26,420 nucleotides of DNA from Bdellovibrionota bacterium FG-1. GTDB taxonomy: Bacteria > Bdellovibrionota > UBA1018. Below, one piece after another: positions 16,388-25,203 of the stretch. Location: assembly GCA_051382295.1 (NCBI GenBank), contig JBBCAW010000026.1:1-26420 (forward strand). The letters run 5' to 3'. Position numbers and translations under genes: made by a program. Numbering within the stretch: position 1 is the stretch's first letter; every line of letters begins with the position of its first letter. Under the pieces are notes generated by a model. The model saw nothing but the letters and a program-made list of their open reading frames with translations. It ran no database searches and had not been told where the DNA came from.

Positions 16388-18556
16388 ATGAGCGAAACCA
16401 TTCATTATGAAAAAAGCCAAGAGAACATCGTCACGTTGACGATGGATATGCCGAATTCCTCCGCCAACATCATGAACGGGGCATTCATCGAGGCGTTTGA
16501 GGCCATTTTGCAGCGCCTCGAGCGCGAAAAGAACGAAATCGCTGGCGTCATCCTGACCTCCGCGAAAGCGACTTTTTTCGCGGGTGGCGATCTGAGCGAG
16601 CTGATTGAGGTTAGGCCCGAGCAGGCTGAACTTTTTTTTAAGCACGTTGAGCATCTCAAAGGAATGCTGCGTAGGCTTGAGAGTTGGGGCAAGCCGGTCG
16701 TGGCCGCCATCAACGGTGCGGCCCTGGGCGGCGGCTGGGAGCTCGCGCTCGCTTGCCATCATCGCATTTGCCTCGATCATTCATCCATTCAGCTCGGCAT
16801 GCCCGAGGTGACGTTGGGTCTTTTGCCGGGTGCCGGGGGCGTAATTCGTACGGTGCGTTTGCTGGGACTCCAAGAGGCGTTTCCTTATCTCGTGGAGGGC
16901 AAGAAGATCCGTCCGCAAGAAGCACTCGAAAAAGGCCTGGTGCACGAGCTCGCAAAAGACCCTGTCGAGATGATGGCGAAAGCCTCGGCGTGGATTCTTG
17001 CTCATCTACAGGCCAAGGCGCCTTGGGATAACCCGGAATATAAGATTCCGGGCGGGACGCCCAGCAATCCCCAGGTGGCGCAGATGCTCATGGTTGCTCC
17101 CGCGATGCTGCGAGAGAAGACGAGGGGTTGTTACCCAGCCCCCGAGGCCATTCTTGCGGTCATGGCTGAAGGCGCGCAGGTGGACTTCGATACTGCGCTT
17201 CGAATCGAGAGTCGTGCCTTTGTCAATCTTGCCACTAGCCAGGTTTCCAAGAACATGATTGGCACGATGTGGTTCCAGCTCAACAAGATCCATGCGGGCG
17301 CGAGCCGTCCTGATGGGTATCCTCAGTGGAAGGCCAATCAGGTCGCCGTGCTCGGCGCCGGCATGATGGGCGCGGGCATCGCCTATGCGTGTGCCACTCG
17401 CGGAATTCGCGTGGTTTTGAAGGATGTGAGCAGCGAGTCCGCCGAGAGGGGTAAGTCTTATACTGAAAAACTTCTTGCCAAAAAGGTTTCGCGCGGACAA
17501 ATGACTGAGGCCAAAAAATCCGATATTTTGGGCTTGATTCGCCCGACGGCCGACGCCAAAGACCTCGCGGGATGCGATCTCATGATCGAAGCCGTGTTTG
17601 AGAACCGTGAGCTCAAATTCAAAGTCATCGGCGAGGCGGAGCCTTACCTCGCGCCGAACGCGTTGCTTTCGTCGAATACGTCTACGCTTCCGATCACGGG
17701 GCTTGCACCGGCGACCAAAACGCCAGAAAGGTTCATCGGGCTGCATTTTTTCTCGCCCGTGGATAAAATGGATCTCGTGGAGATCATCGTCGGCAAGAAA
17801 ACTTCAGATGAAACGATTGCGCGCGCATTTGACTTTGTAATGCAGATTGGCAAGACGCCCATAGTGGTGAACGATAGCCGAGGTTTTTTCACTAGTCGCG
17901 TGTTTACCACTTATGTTTTCGAAGGCATGGCTATGCTCGCGGAAGGGCTCACCCCCAGCGCGATTGAGACCGCCGCGTTGATGGGCGGTATGCCGGTAGG
18001 CCCGCTTGCCGTGACGGACGAGGTGTCGATCAGTCTTTGTGCCCACATCATGGCGCAAACGCGGGCGGACTTCGAGGCGGAAGGCAAGAAGTATGTCCCG
18101 CATCCGGCCGAAGATACGGTGATCCGCCGGATGATCAGTGAATTCAAACGACCTGGAAAAGCGGCAGGCGGCGGTTTTTACGAATATCCGAAAGATGGAA
18201 AGAAATTCCTTTGGCCGAATTTGCAGACTCATTATGTTCAGAAGGATCGACAAATCCCCTTGGAGGACATGCGAGACAGGCTTTTGTTTATCCAAGCGCT
18301 CGAAACCGTGCGCATTCTCGAAGAGGGCGTGTTGAGAACAGTGCGCGACGGCAATGTCGGGTCGATTTTAGGACTCGGATTTGCGCCGTGGTCAGGTGGA
18401 GCCCTGCAGTACATTAACCAATATGGCCAGGACGGAAAGTCGGGCCTCAAGCGCTTTGCGGCGCGCGCTCACGAACTCGCTACTCGTTACGGCGAGCGTT
18501 TCGCGTCGCCTGCGCTTTTGCTCAAAAAGGCCGAGTCTGGTGAAATTTTCGAATAG
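16388..18556 (+). CDS. fadB: Multifunctional enoyl-CoA hydratase / 3-hydroxyacyl-CoA dehydrogenase (FadB/FadJ alpha subunit)
   Basis: Start reset to MSETIHY at 16388 (AAGGGG SD). FAGGDL, ALGGGWE, PEVTLGLLPGAGG; GAGMMGAG, SSNTSTL, GLHFFSP. Confidence 0.95.
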   Translation: MSETIHYEKSQENIVTLTMDMPNSSANIMNGAFIEAFEAILQRLEREKNEIAGVILTSAKATFFAGGDLSELIEVRPEQAELFFKHVEHLKGMLRRLESWGKPVVAAINGAALGGGWELALACHHRICLDHSSIQLGMPEVTLGLLPGAGGVIRTVRLLGLQEAFPYLVEGKKIRPQEALEKGLVHELAKDPVEMMAKASAWILAHLQAKAPWDNPEYKIPGGTPSNPQVAQMLMVAPAMLREKTRGCYPAPEAILAVMAEGAQVDFDTALRIESRAFVNLATSQVSKNMIGTMWFQLNKIHAGASRPDGYPQWKANQVAVLGAGMMGAGIAYACATRGIRVVLKDVSSESAERGKSYTEKLLAKKVSRGQMTEAKKSDILGLIRPTADAKDLAGCDLMIEAVFENRELKFKVIGEAEPYLAPNALLSSNTSTLPITGLAPATKTPERFIGLHFFSPVDKMDLVEIIVGKKTSDETIARAFDFVMQIGKTPIVVNDSRGFFTSRVFTTYVFEGMAMLAEGLTPSAIETAALMGGMPVGPLAVTDEVSISLCAHIMAQTRADFEAEGKKYVPHPAEDTVIRRMISEFKRPGKAAGGGFYEYPKDGKKFLWPNLQTHYVQKDRQIPLEDMRDRLLFIQALETVRILEEGVLRTVRDGNVGSILGLGFAPWSGGALQYINQYGQDGKSGLKRFAARAHELATRYGERFASPALLLKKAESGEIFE

Positions 18557-18581
18557 GCTACATCGATAGGAAAGCGTAAGA

Positions 18582-18956
18582 ATGATGACAAGAGACACCA
18601 GGCTTGTTTACTCGACTGATCCGGCGCTGAACCAGAAATGTCCAAAGTGCAAAGAAGTTGTTTCGGAGTGTGTCTGCGAGGCCAAACTTGGGAAAGACCA
18701 GGCCAAAGCCTCACGCTTTGTGGCAATCCTCCGAATTGAGAAAGCCAATCGCGGAGGCAAGACGGTGACTGTGATCGATGGGTTGCCCAAATCAGAGCTT
18801 TATCTCAAAGAGCTGACGACTCAGCTGAAAAAGAAATGTGGCTCCGGCGGCACCTATCTCATGGGTGGTCGAGATGGGGTCATCGAGATCCAAGGTGACA
18901 AGCGGGAGCTGATTCGGGCGGCTCTCGAAAAGCAAGGGATCAAGCATAAAGGGTAG
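18582..18956 (+). CDS. yciH: SUI1/eIF1-family translation factor YciH
   Basis: LVYSTD; RGGKTVTVIDGL; LKKKCGSGGT; IEIQGDKR. Confidence 0.92.
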   Translation: MMTRDTRLVYSTDPALNQKCPKCKEVVSECVCEAKLGKDQAKASRFVAILRIEKANRGGKTVTVIDGLPKSELYLKELTTQLKKKCGSGGTYLMGGRDGVIEIQGDKRELIRAALEKQGIKHKG

Positions 18957-18978
18957 AAATAGAGGACTCTGCGGCTGG

Positions 18979-21954
18979 TCACATGAGCCCAGGTTTACCC
19001 TCCAGAAAGCGCGCAAGCTCGGTCGCGATCATCGCCACGTGCTCGCGTTCCTCGGCCGCAAGCTCGCGATAGAGGCGCCCGTGGGGCGAGTCCTCGGGAT
19101 ACGTCTTCTCGTGCGACTCGAAGAAAACCACGGCACATCGCTCCAGCACCAGCGCCAGGCGCAAGAGCGCGGCTGGGTCTTTGGCATCGTGTTCAACTCC
19201 CGCGTAGACGGCGATTTGGCTGGGGGACAGGCCCGTTCCCGAAAGGGGTGGAACCTCGATGTGATAACGGCGCGACAGGGTCGCAGCGTGCTCCTTTTCC
19301 ATTTCGGCCAAGCGTCCAAAAAGCGCACGGAGCGCTGGATCAGTGGCTGCTGCTGCGCCTTGCGAGTAAAACGCTAATCCCCCGAGTTCGATTTCCATCG
19401 CGTGGCGAATGGCACTACGTGACTCTTGGCTGGCCAGCTCAGGCTGGTGGTCGATTGCGAGCTTGCCGCCACACATCGCGCATAGTCCGTAGGGGAATGC
19501 AAAGCCTTCATAGACCTTGCTGCACTGGGTGCAATGCCACTTCAGAAGGGAGTCGGCGCAACAAATGTAGCTTTCTTCGGTTTCGCCAGGCTCAACTGGC
19601 CCCTCGATCGGGCGATGACATTTTGGGCAGCTACGGCCGTGTTCAGCTAACTGGACCGCTTGGTCTGCACCAGTCGTGACGCCGGCCTTTTTGTTATTCA
19701 GGTAGTCGACCATTGACTTGGCCGCGCGTTTTCCCGCACCCATCGCCAGAATAACGGTGGCGCCGCCTGTGACGATATCGCCGCCGGCGTACACGCCGGG
19801 CAGGTTGGTCGCCTGGGATTTGTCGTCAGCTTGGATATAACCCCATTTGTTCATCGCGAGATCCGGGGTGGCTTGGCGAATGATGGGGTTGGCTCTCGTA
19901 CCGAGCGCGTAGATGACAGTGTCGCAGTCAAAGGTGATGAATGCGTCTTTTACCGGAACGGGTTTTCGGCGACCGGAGGCATCAGGTTCGCCGAGTTCCA
20001 TCTTTTGGCACACCAATGCCTGCACACACCCCTGTTCGTCGAGCTTGATTTCGGTGGGGGCGAGCAGCCAATTAAAATGAATCCCTTCCTCTTTGGCGTG
20101 ACGGAGTTCTTCGATACGCGCAGGGGCTTCGCTCTCGGTGCGGCGGTACACGCAGTGCACTTCTTCGGCACCCAGTCTACGAGCCACCCGCAGACAGTCC
20201 ATCGCCGTATTGCCGGCGCCCAATACGACCACGCGTTTGCCCATTCCTACGGGCGTGTCTTCATACGGAAACCGATCGCCGCCCATGAGGTTCACGCGGG
20301 TGAGAAACTCGTTGGCGCTTAGAACTTGCGCACCGTGCTCGCCGGGAATTCCGAGAAATGACGGGTAGCCGGCACCGGTGCCGATAAATACGGCGTCGTA
20401 TTCCATCTCTTTCATGAGCTGGTGTACGCCGAAGGTTTTGCCGACAACTTTGTTGGTTTCGATCTTCACGCCGAGTTTGCGTACGCTATTAATCTCGCGT
20501 TCGATGATGTTGCGGGGGAGACGAAATGAGGGGATGCCATATTGTAAAACTCCGCCTGAAATATGCAGGGCTTCATAGATCGTCACCTCGGCGCCGGCCT
20601 TGGCGAGGTCGGCCGCGCAGGCCAGACCCGCCGGGCCTGAGCCTACAATGGCCACGCGGCCAAGACTGCCAGCATGGGCGGGAACTCGTACTTCGCTCGG
20701 TCTGGCATAGTCGCCGACGAAGCGCTCGAGTCGACCGATGGCGACGGGTTCGATGTTCTTTTTGAGTACGCATTGGGATTCACATTGGCTCTCTTGAGGA
20801 CAAACACGGCCGCAGATCGAGGGGAATGGGTTGCTCCCATTGATCACATCCAGCGCGCCGGTGAAGTCGCGAATCAGTAAATGCCGAATGAAGTTTGGAA
20901 TATCAACGTTGACGGGGCAACCCGCCACACAGCGAGGGATCTTGCATTGGATGCAGCGTTCGGCCTCCTTGAGGGCATCTTCAATGGAGTAACCGAGGTT
21001 GACCTCAAGAAAATTGTGGCTCCGTTCTTCAGCGTTCCGTTCGCGCATAGGCGTGGCGTGCGGCGCTAGCTCTTTGACTTTTTTGTAGCTGCGTTTTTCT
21101 TCTTTGAAAAGCTTCTGGTCGAGGTTGCATACGTGTGCAAAGTCTTCATTGGAGCGCTTTTCCTGGGCTTTAAACCGCGCTTGACGCTGGATGAGCTCGC
21201 CAAAGTCGACGCCGTGGGCGTTAAAGTCGGGGCCGTCCACACACGCAAATTGGACCTGACCGTCGACGGTGACCCGACATGAACCGCACATGCCGGTTCC
21301 ATCCACCATGATTGAGTTGAGACTCACCACTGTGCGGACATTCTGCGGACGTGTGACTTCGGTGCAGGCCCTCATCATGGGGAGTGGGCCAATTGCGATG
21401 ACTAAATCTGGTTTTTTTGAGCCGCCCACCGCGTCGGCGAGCGCGGCCGTGACAAAGCCGGGGCGTCCGTAAGAGCCATCATCGGTGCAGACGATGAGTT
21501 CGTCGGTGTAGGGCTTGAACTTGTCTTCCCAGAAAACGAGATCCTTGTTTCGAAAGCCAAGAATGGCCGTCGTCCGGCAGCCTGCTTTTTTGAAGGCGCG
21601 CAGTTGCGGGAAAATCGGTGCAACGCCGAGGCCGCCGCCCACGAGTACGACGTGTTCCAGTTTTTCAGTGTGGCTCTCAAGACCGAGCGGCCCGACGAAG
21701 TCGGTAAAGGAATCGCCGACGTTGTAGTTGCGAAGCATCTCAAGGGTGGTTTTGCCGACGGCTTGAATCACAATGGTCACCTTGCCGCGTTGGGGGTCGA
21801 AGTCGGCGATGGTCAGAGGGATTCGTTCTCCGCCTTCATAGAGTCTTAACATCACGAATTGGCCCGGACGGGCCGACTTTGCAACGTCTGGAGCAAGGAC
21901 GTCCCAGAGAAACGTGGTTTCTGAAAACTGCTGACGGTGAGTAATCTGATACAT
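18979..21954 (-). CDS. Fused NfnA(SudB)-NfnB(SudA/GltD-like) ferredoxin:NADP+ oxidoreductase with C-terminal Cys-rich and rubrerythrin/ferritin-like domains
   Basis: Start reset to MYQITHR at 21954. NfnA: ERIPLTIAD, GGGLGVAP, MVDGTGMCGSCRV, CVDGP. NfnB: RCIQC..P.C..GCP, CGRVCPQESQCE, GSGPAG, GAGNTAMD, GGDIVTGGATVILAMGAG. Tail: CPKC/CC/CTQC/CAMC, then two E..ExxH helix pairs. Confidence 0.9.
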   Translation of the reverse strand: MYQITHRQQFSETTFLWDVLAPDVAKSARPGQFVMLRLYEGGERIPLTIADFDPQRGKVTIVIQAVGKTTLEMLRNYNVGDSFTDFVGPLGLESHTEKLEHVVLVGGGLGVAPIFPQLRAFKKAGCRTTAILGFRNKDLVFWEDKFKPYTDELIVCTDDGSYGRPGFVTAALADAVGGSKKPDLVIAIGPLPMMRACTEVTRPQNVRTVVSLNSIMVDGTGMCGSCRVTVDGQVQFACVDGPDFNAHGVDFGELIQRQARFKAQEKRSNEDFAHVCNLDQKLFKEEKRSYKKVKELAPHATPMRERNAEERSHNFLEVNLGYSIEDALKEAERCIQCKIPRCVAGCPVNVDIPNFIRHLLIRDFTGALDVINGSNPFPSICGRVCPQESQCESQCVLKKNIEPVAIGRLERFVGDYARPSEVRVPAHAGSLGRVAIVGSGPAGLACAADLAKAGAEVTIYEALHISGGVLQYGIPSFRLPRNIIEREINSVRKLGVKIETNKVVGKTFGVHQLMKEMEYDAVFIGTGAGYPSFLGIPGEHGAQVLSANEFLTRVNLMGGDRFPYEDTPVGMGKRVVVLGAGNTAMDCLRVARRLGAEEVHCVYRRTESEAPARIEELRHAKEEGIHFNWLLAPTEIKLDEQGCVQALVCQKMELGEPDASGRRKPVPVKDAFITFDCDTVIYALGTRANPIIRQATPDLAMNKWGYIQADDKSQATNLPGVYAGGDIVTGGATVILAMGAGKRAAKSMVDYLNNKKAGVTTGADQAVQLAEHGRSCPKCHRPIEGPVEPGETEESYICCADSLLKWHCTQCSKVYEGFAFPYGLCAMCGGKLAIDHQPELASQESRSAIRHAMEIELGGLAFYSQGAAAATDPALRALFGRLAEMEKEHAATLSRRYHIEVPPLSGTGLSPSQIAVYAGVEHDAKDPAALLRLALVLERCAVVFFESHEKTYPEDSPHGRLYRELAAEEREHVAMIATELARFLEGKPGLM

Positions 21955-21962
21955 AGGTGCCT

Positions 21963-22223
21963 CTATTTTAAAATCCATTCGCGCATGAGTTGCTTAATTT
22001 GGGTTTGATAACGGACTCCGTGAAGTTCTGATTTTTTTCTAAAAATGTCTAGCAGATCTGTGGGAATTTTGATGCTGATGAGTCGGCTTTTGGTTGGGAT
22101 TAAGGATTCTCGATTCGCATGCAGTTTCCTAAAGTCCTCCAGAAACTTGACGATGTTCAATGTGCTCATCGTCTGGCATTGCTTGAGATATTCGGGAGAA
22201 AAATATTGAACGATCTTTTTCAT
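21963..22223 (-). CDS. BrnA/CopG-like ribbon-helix-helix antitoxin-type protein
   Basis: SRLISIKIPTDLLDIFRKKS...GVRYQTQIKQLM matches the BrnA/CopG C-terminal pattern; ATGA overlap with the upstream NTase. Confidence 0.75.
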   Translation of the reverse strand: MKKIVQYFSPEYLKQCQTMSTLNIVKFLEDFRKLHANRESLIPTKSRLISIKIPTDLLDIFRKKSELHGVRYQTQIKQLMREWILK

Positions 22224-22684
22224 GGTTCTAAACCCTTGAGGGCTGCAACATCTTGAATATCTTGCGGTCTTCCGGCTTCAGTCTTCATGCGGATTAAATC
22301 TTTGACGGATGCTACCTTCAGGGTAACCCGCCCTACCTTAAGGGCTTTGACTTTTATTTGATTCAAATCCTCCGCGAGGAGGATGTCAACCGTTTCGGCT
22401 GGATTTTTGGGATTAAAAAAATTCCAAGCGAGCAAGTTTCTGTTTTGAATATATTCTCTGCGAAATTCAAAAACATTCTCTGCCCGTAGGGGGAGGCGGG
22501 ACTCCAATCCCAGGGAATGGAGCGCGTCTTCGATTCCTAGGAGTTCCTTTTTTTCTAAATGAATGACCAAGTCGATGTCGACCGTTCCTCGTACCGCCCC
22601 ATGCAGCGCGACGGCGTAGCCACCCACAATGGCATAATTAACATGGTGTTTGTCCAGGGTTTGAACGAGTCGCAAAAGGAACAT
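22220..22684 (-). CDS. Pol-beta-superfamily nucleotidyltransferase (DUF6036/AbiEii-like), putative toxin
   Basis: Start reset to MFLLRLV at 22684. VGGYAVALHG, RGTVDIDL, third Asp in VDI, C-terminal K..AGRPQD..D. Confidence 0.8.
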   Translation of the reverse strand: MFLLRLVQTLDKHHVNYAIVGGYAVALHGAVRGTVDIDLVIHLEKKELLGIEDALHSLGLESRLPLRAENVFEFRREYIQNRNLLAWNFFNPKNPAETVDILLAEDLNQIKVKALKVGRVTLKVASVKDLIRMKTEAGRPQDIQDVAALKGLEP

Positions 22685-22686
22685 AA

Positions 22687-22704
22687 GTATATATGAGTAT
22701 ATAC
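22687..22704. promoter_or_regulatory. Inverted-repeat operator upstream of the NTase-RHH operon
   Basis: GTATATA-TGAG-TATATAC (perfect 7-bp arms), 2 nt from the ATG. Confidence 0.65.
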
Positions 22705-22734
22705 CCACGAAAGTCGAAAATAAAAACTCTTTTT

Positions 22735-23022
22735 TCATCTAATGCCATTGGATTGGACGCGCTCGAATAGTAGTGTGAGAAGAACTAAAAACAAGCCCCC
22801 TCCCAACAGAGGGTTGGAAAGGGGAATTTTCGTAAGTTCACTGATTTTGAACAATATACCCACAAAAAAAACAAAAAACCCAATGCTGAGGCTTGCCACC
22901 AGCCAGAGCAGTGATTTGATCTTACGAAGGGCGAGATCCCCTTCCTTTTCGGCGAGGGAGGTCCCCATCTTAATCAGTGACGATCCGACATCCGACCAAG
23001 ACGTATGGGGCCCGAGTTTCAA
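22735..23022 (-). CDS. Small two-TM membrane protein (YqjE/holin-like)
   Basis: TTG start overlapping the upstream TGA (TTGA); two hydrophobic helices. Confidence 0.5.
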   Translation of the reverse strand: MKLGPHTSWSDVGSSLIKMGTSLAEKEGDLALRKIKSLLWLVASLSIGFFVFFVGILFKISELTKIPLSNPLLGGGLFLVLLTLLFERVQSNGIR

Positions 23023-23246
23023 CTGGCGCGGCTTTCGGCCGGGTGCTTGGGGTTGGTGAGTACCGTGATTTTTTCCAGGCCTTCCTTCAGCTTCACCGGG
23101 ATGCCAGATTTTTCCATGGCGCTGGTTATTCGGGCGCGATTCCTCCAAAGAAGGTAGCCACCGACTGTTAAACCGACAGCCCCTGCGATCGGGAGAATCA
23201 AGTCAGCAACTTCGAATTCAGAACCCAGGTCTTTTTTGTCACTCAT
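23019..23246 (-). CDS. Small single-TM protein
   Basis: AAGGAG SD before ATG 23246; LILPIAGAVGLTVGGYLLWRNR TM with basic flank. Confidence 0.65.
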   Translation of the reverse strand: MSDKKDLGSEFEVADLILPIAGAVGLTVGGYLLWRNRARITSAMEKSGIPVKLKEGLEKITVLTNPKHPAESRAS

Positions 23247-23299
23247 TTGAGAGTCTCCTTGTTTATTTAAATGATGAGCGTGTTCGAACGCGTCATTAT

Positions 23300-23636
23300 G
23301 CACCTGATGCATCTGCACACCAGAATCATCGGCTTTGAGCCCCCTGCGAGCCTCTGAGTCTGAAATCGCTTTCCACGCTAAAATTCTAGCTAAATAGGAA
23401 AGGCCGTCAGCCACCCGCTGGGATGTCAGGGCGTTCAGCCCGGCCCCGGCAAGAACCCCCTGCTAAATCGTACCTAGGGGATTAGCATCTAACTTTTCTT
23501 GAAGTTCGGACAAAAGTTTTTGGGCAACGGCCTTCGTGTCAGAGATATGAAGGGATTCCAAGGCCTCGTTGAGACTCCCAATCAATGAGTAGGCCGGCAG
23601 CATGGGAACGGTAGGGGTTGTGGATTGCTTTTCCAT
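23300..23636 (-). pseudogene. Interrupted small membrane protein (DUF883/YqjD-like NP-TM motif); 3' end approximate
   Basis: Frame reads LDANPLGTI*QGVLAGAGLNAL and continues in frame past the TAG at 23463-23465. Confidence 0.45.
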
Positions 23637-23640
23637 ACGA

Positions 23641-23850
23641 CTATTCACCCCGGCCCATCGAAGGTTCTGAATTGAAATAGCGTTCCGCCGGGAAGCCAAC
23701 GGTCAAAGCACCGGCCATGATCAAGAGCGGGCGTTTGGTTGTGAATTGCGAAACTTTGCGGTTAAAAGACTGAGCTTGCCTGGAGATATCCTCTACCCAT
23801 CCAGAAGGGGCGGGCTTGGCTTTGTTCTCCGGCGAAGTGGAATGTTTCAT
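23641..23850 (-). CDS. Small ElaB/YqjD (DUF883)-like protein, possibly degenerate
   Basis: AAGGAG SD before ATG 23850; KRPLLIMAGALTVGF tail-anchor-like motif. Confidence 0.55.
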   Translation of the reverse strand: MKHSTSPENKAKPAPSGWVEDISRQAQSFNRKVSQFTTKRPLLIMAGALTVGFPAERYFNSEPSMGRGE

Positions 23851-23941
23851 TGTAGAACTCCTTGAGTGAGGACAAAGCATGTTTTGAGCCACACGAAAGT
23901 ATGCCCCGAATCGACTCTATTGAGAGATGGGGCCAACTATC

Positions 23942-23966
23942 GGGGCGGAATGCCCCCTTTTTTTTT
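23942..23966 (+). terminator. Possible intrinsic terminator
   Basis: GGGGC-GGAAT-GCCCC hairpin followed by C and 9 T; abuts the stop of the minus-strand 23966 ORF. Confidence 0.4.
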
Positions 23967-25110
23967 CAAAGGCCCCACTCTCGAAGAAGTTTCAACTCTA
24001 AATCCTGCGCGAACGTTGTGTATTGCAAACAAAAGGAAGTGCCCTTTAAACCATTCCCTTGATAGAGTTTTCGATTTGGCTGAAACGGAACCTCGCAAAC
24101 CGCGGATGAACTCAAAACATGAGTGCGAAGCCATTCCGGAGCTTGGGCTTTTTCTGGAAAATCTAGAAACGCCCCTGGACCTTCGTTTAGAAACCGCGCC
24201 TTGTTAGCAAATAGCTGCCAATACAAACTGAGAGCCTCCGCTTCGGATTCATTTAAGAGACCCTTTTGAATCACCGCGTCCACTTCTTCAGACCATTGGC
24301 CCTCGCCATCCTTGAGTAAACCACGCGCAAGGGTCGAACCGCAGGCAGACAACTGAGCGGCGACCTGAACTCTGTCATCAGCGTGAGCACAGTTTATTTT
24401 CCGCCACCGAAGGACCCCTTCCAAACTGAGATTCGACGGCGGAATCCACCGAGCTAACTCAGGACTGCGGGCGCGCAAAACGTCAAAAGCGGGGCAAGCC
24501 CTTCCTATTTGCTGTCGATCACAAACAACCACGGCGGGAACCAGCTGACTTTCGATCGTTTCGGCCAAACGTTTTTCTTGAGCCAAGTAATGATCATAAA
24601 ATAAACAGGCGCTCTCAATCTCGCGAGGATTGTAAGAATAACGACCGATCTGAGAATCCTTACTTTCAAAAGGTTTTCGACAAGATTCTGGATCCTTTCT
24701 GACTCGCGCCAAAATCTGGGAAGGATCAAAGCAGGTATGGTCCCAAAAATAGACTTCATCGTCGGACTCATGAGCCTTGATATTATTATGAACCTCCGTA
24801 CGTTGATTATCGACGCGTCCGAGATGCAAAAATTCGTGAAACCAAATAGAGGAATTAAACCGATAATCCAATTGGCTTTGACCTTTCGAATCCGGCAAGC
24901 CAACTCCCTTAAAGGTCACCCTATTTTCTGGCACATCGGCGCAAGCCGCTGCCTCGGAGACGCACCCATTGGGATCACAATCGACCTGAGGGCGCCGCTC
25001 ATTTCCGAGTGTTACGCCAACCTTGAATGCAAAGTGGTCGATACGCGAATGGTCACTCGATACAACTTTTTTGTGCTTGAAGTGCTGAAAGCGTGGATGG
25101 ATTCATCAAA
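23966..25110 (-). pseudogene. 5'-truncated HExxH (zincin-like) Cys-rich protein
   Basis: WFHEFLHL followed by DDEVYFW. The frame stays open for more than 50 codons upstream of GTG 24934 (RPQVDCDPNGCVSEAAACADV) up to tandem TGA, with no start codon or signal peptide. 5' bound approximate. Confidence 0.5.
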
Positions 25111-25203
25111 CGATTCATCATCTCGGGAAGGGCGTCTTTATGGTGGCTGGCAAATTAATCAAGACGACCTCCAAGATGAAGTAGGAATTCGGTAATGCGC
25201 CGG

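Noticed and set aside
17006..18295. Long antisense ORFs (246 aa, 163 aa) over fadB, and similar shadow ORFs over cusA and nfn
   Set aside because: These are typical antisense shadows of GC-rich, codon-biased genes with no recognisable motifs.
18627..18680. CPKC..C.C motif in YciH as a novelty
   Set aside because: A Cys-rich N-terminal motif is common in bacterial YciH homologs.
18979..21954. Annotation as glutamate synthase (gltD/gltA)
   Set aside because: No gltB large subunit is present, and fusion to an NfnA/SudB domain indicates an Nfn/Sud-type oxidoreductase.
24737..25195. 152-aa plus-strand ORF
   Set aside because: It overlaps the HExxH frame on the opposite strand and has no motif or SD.
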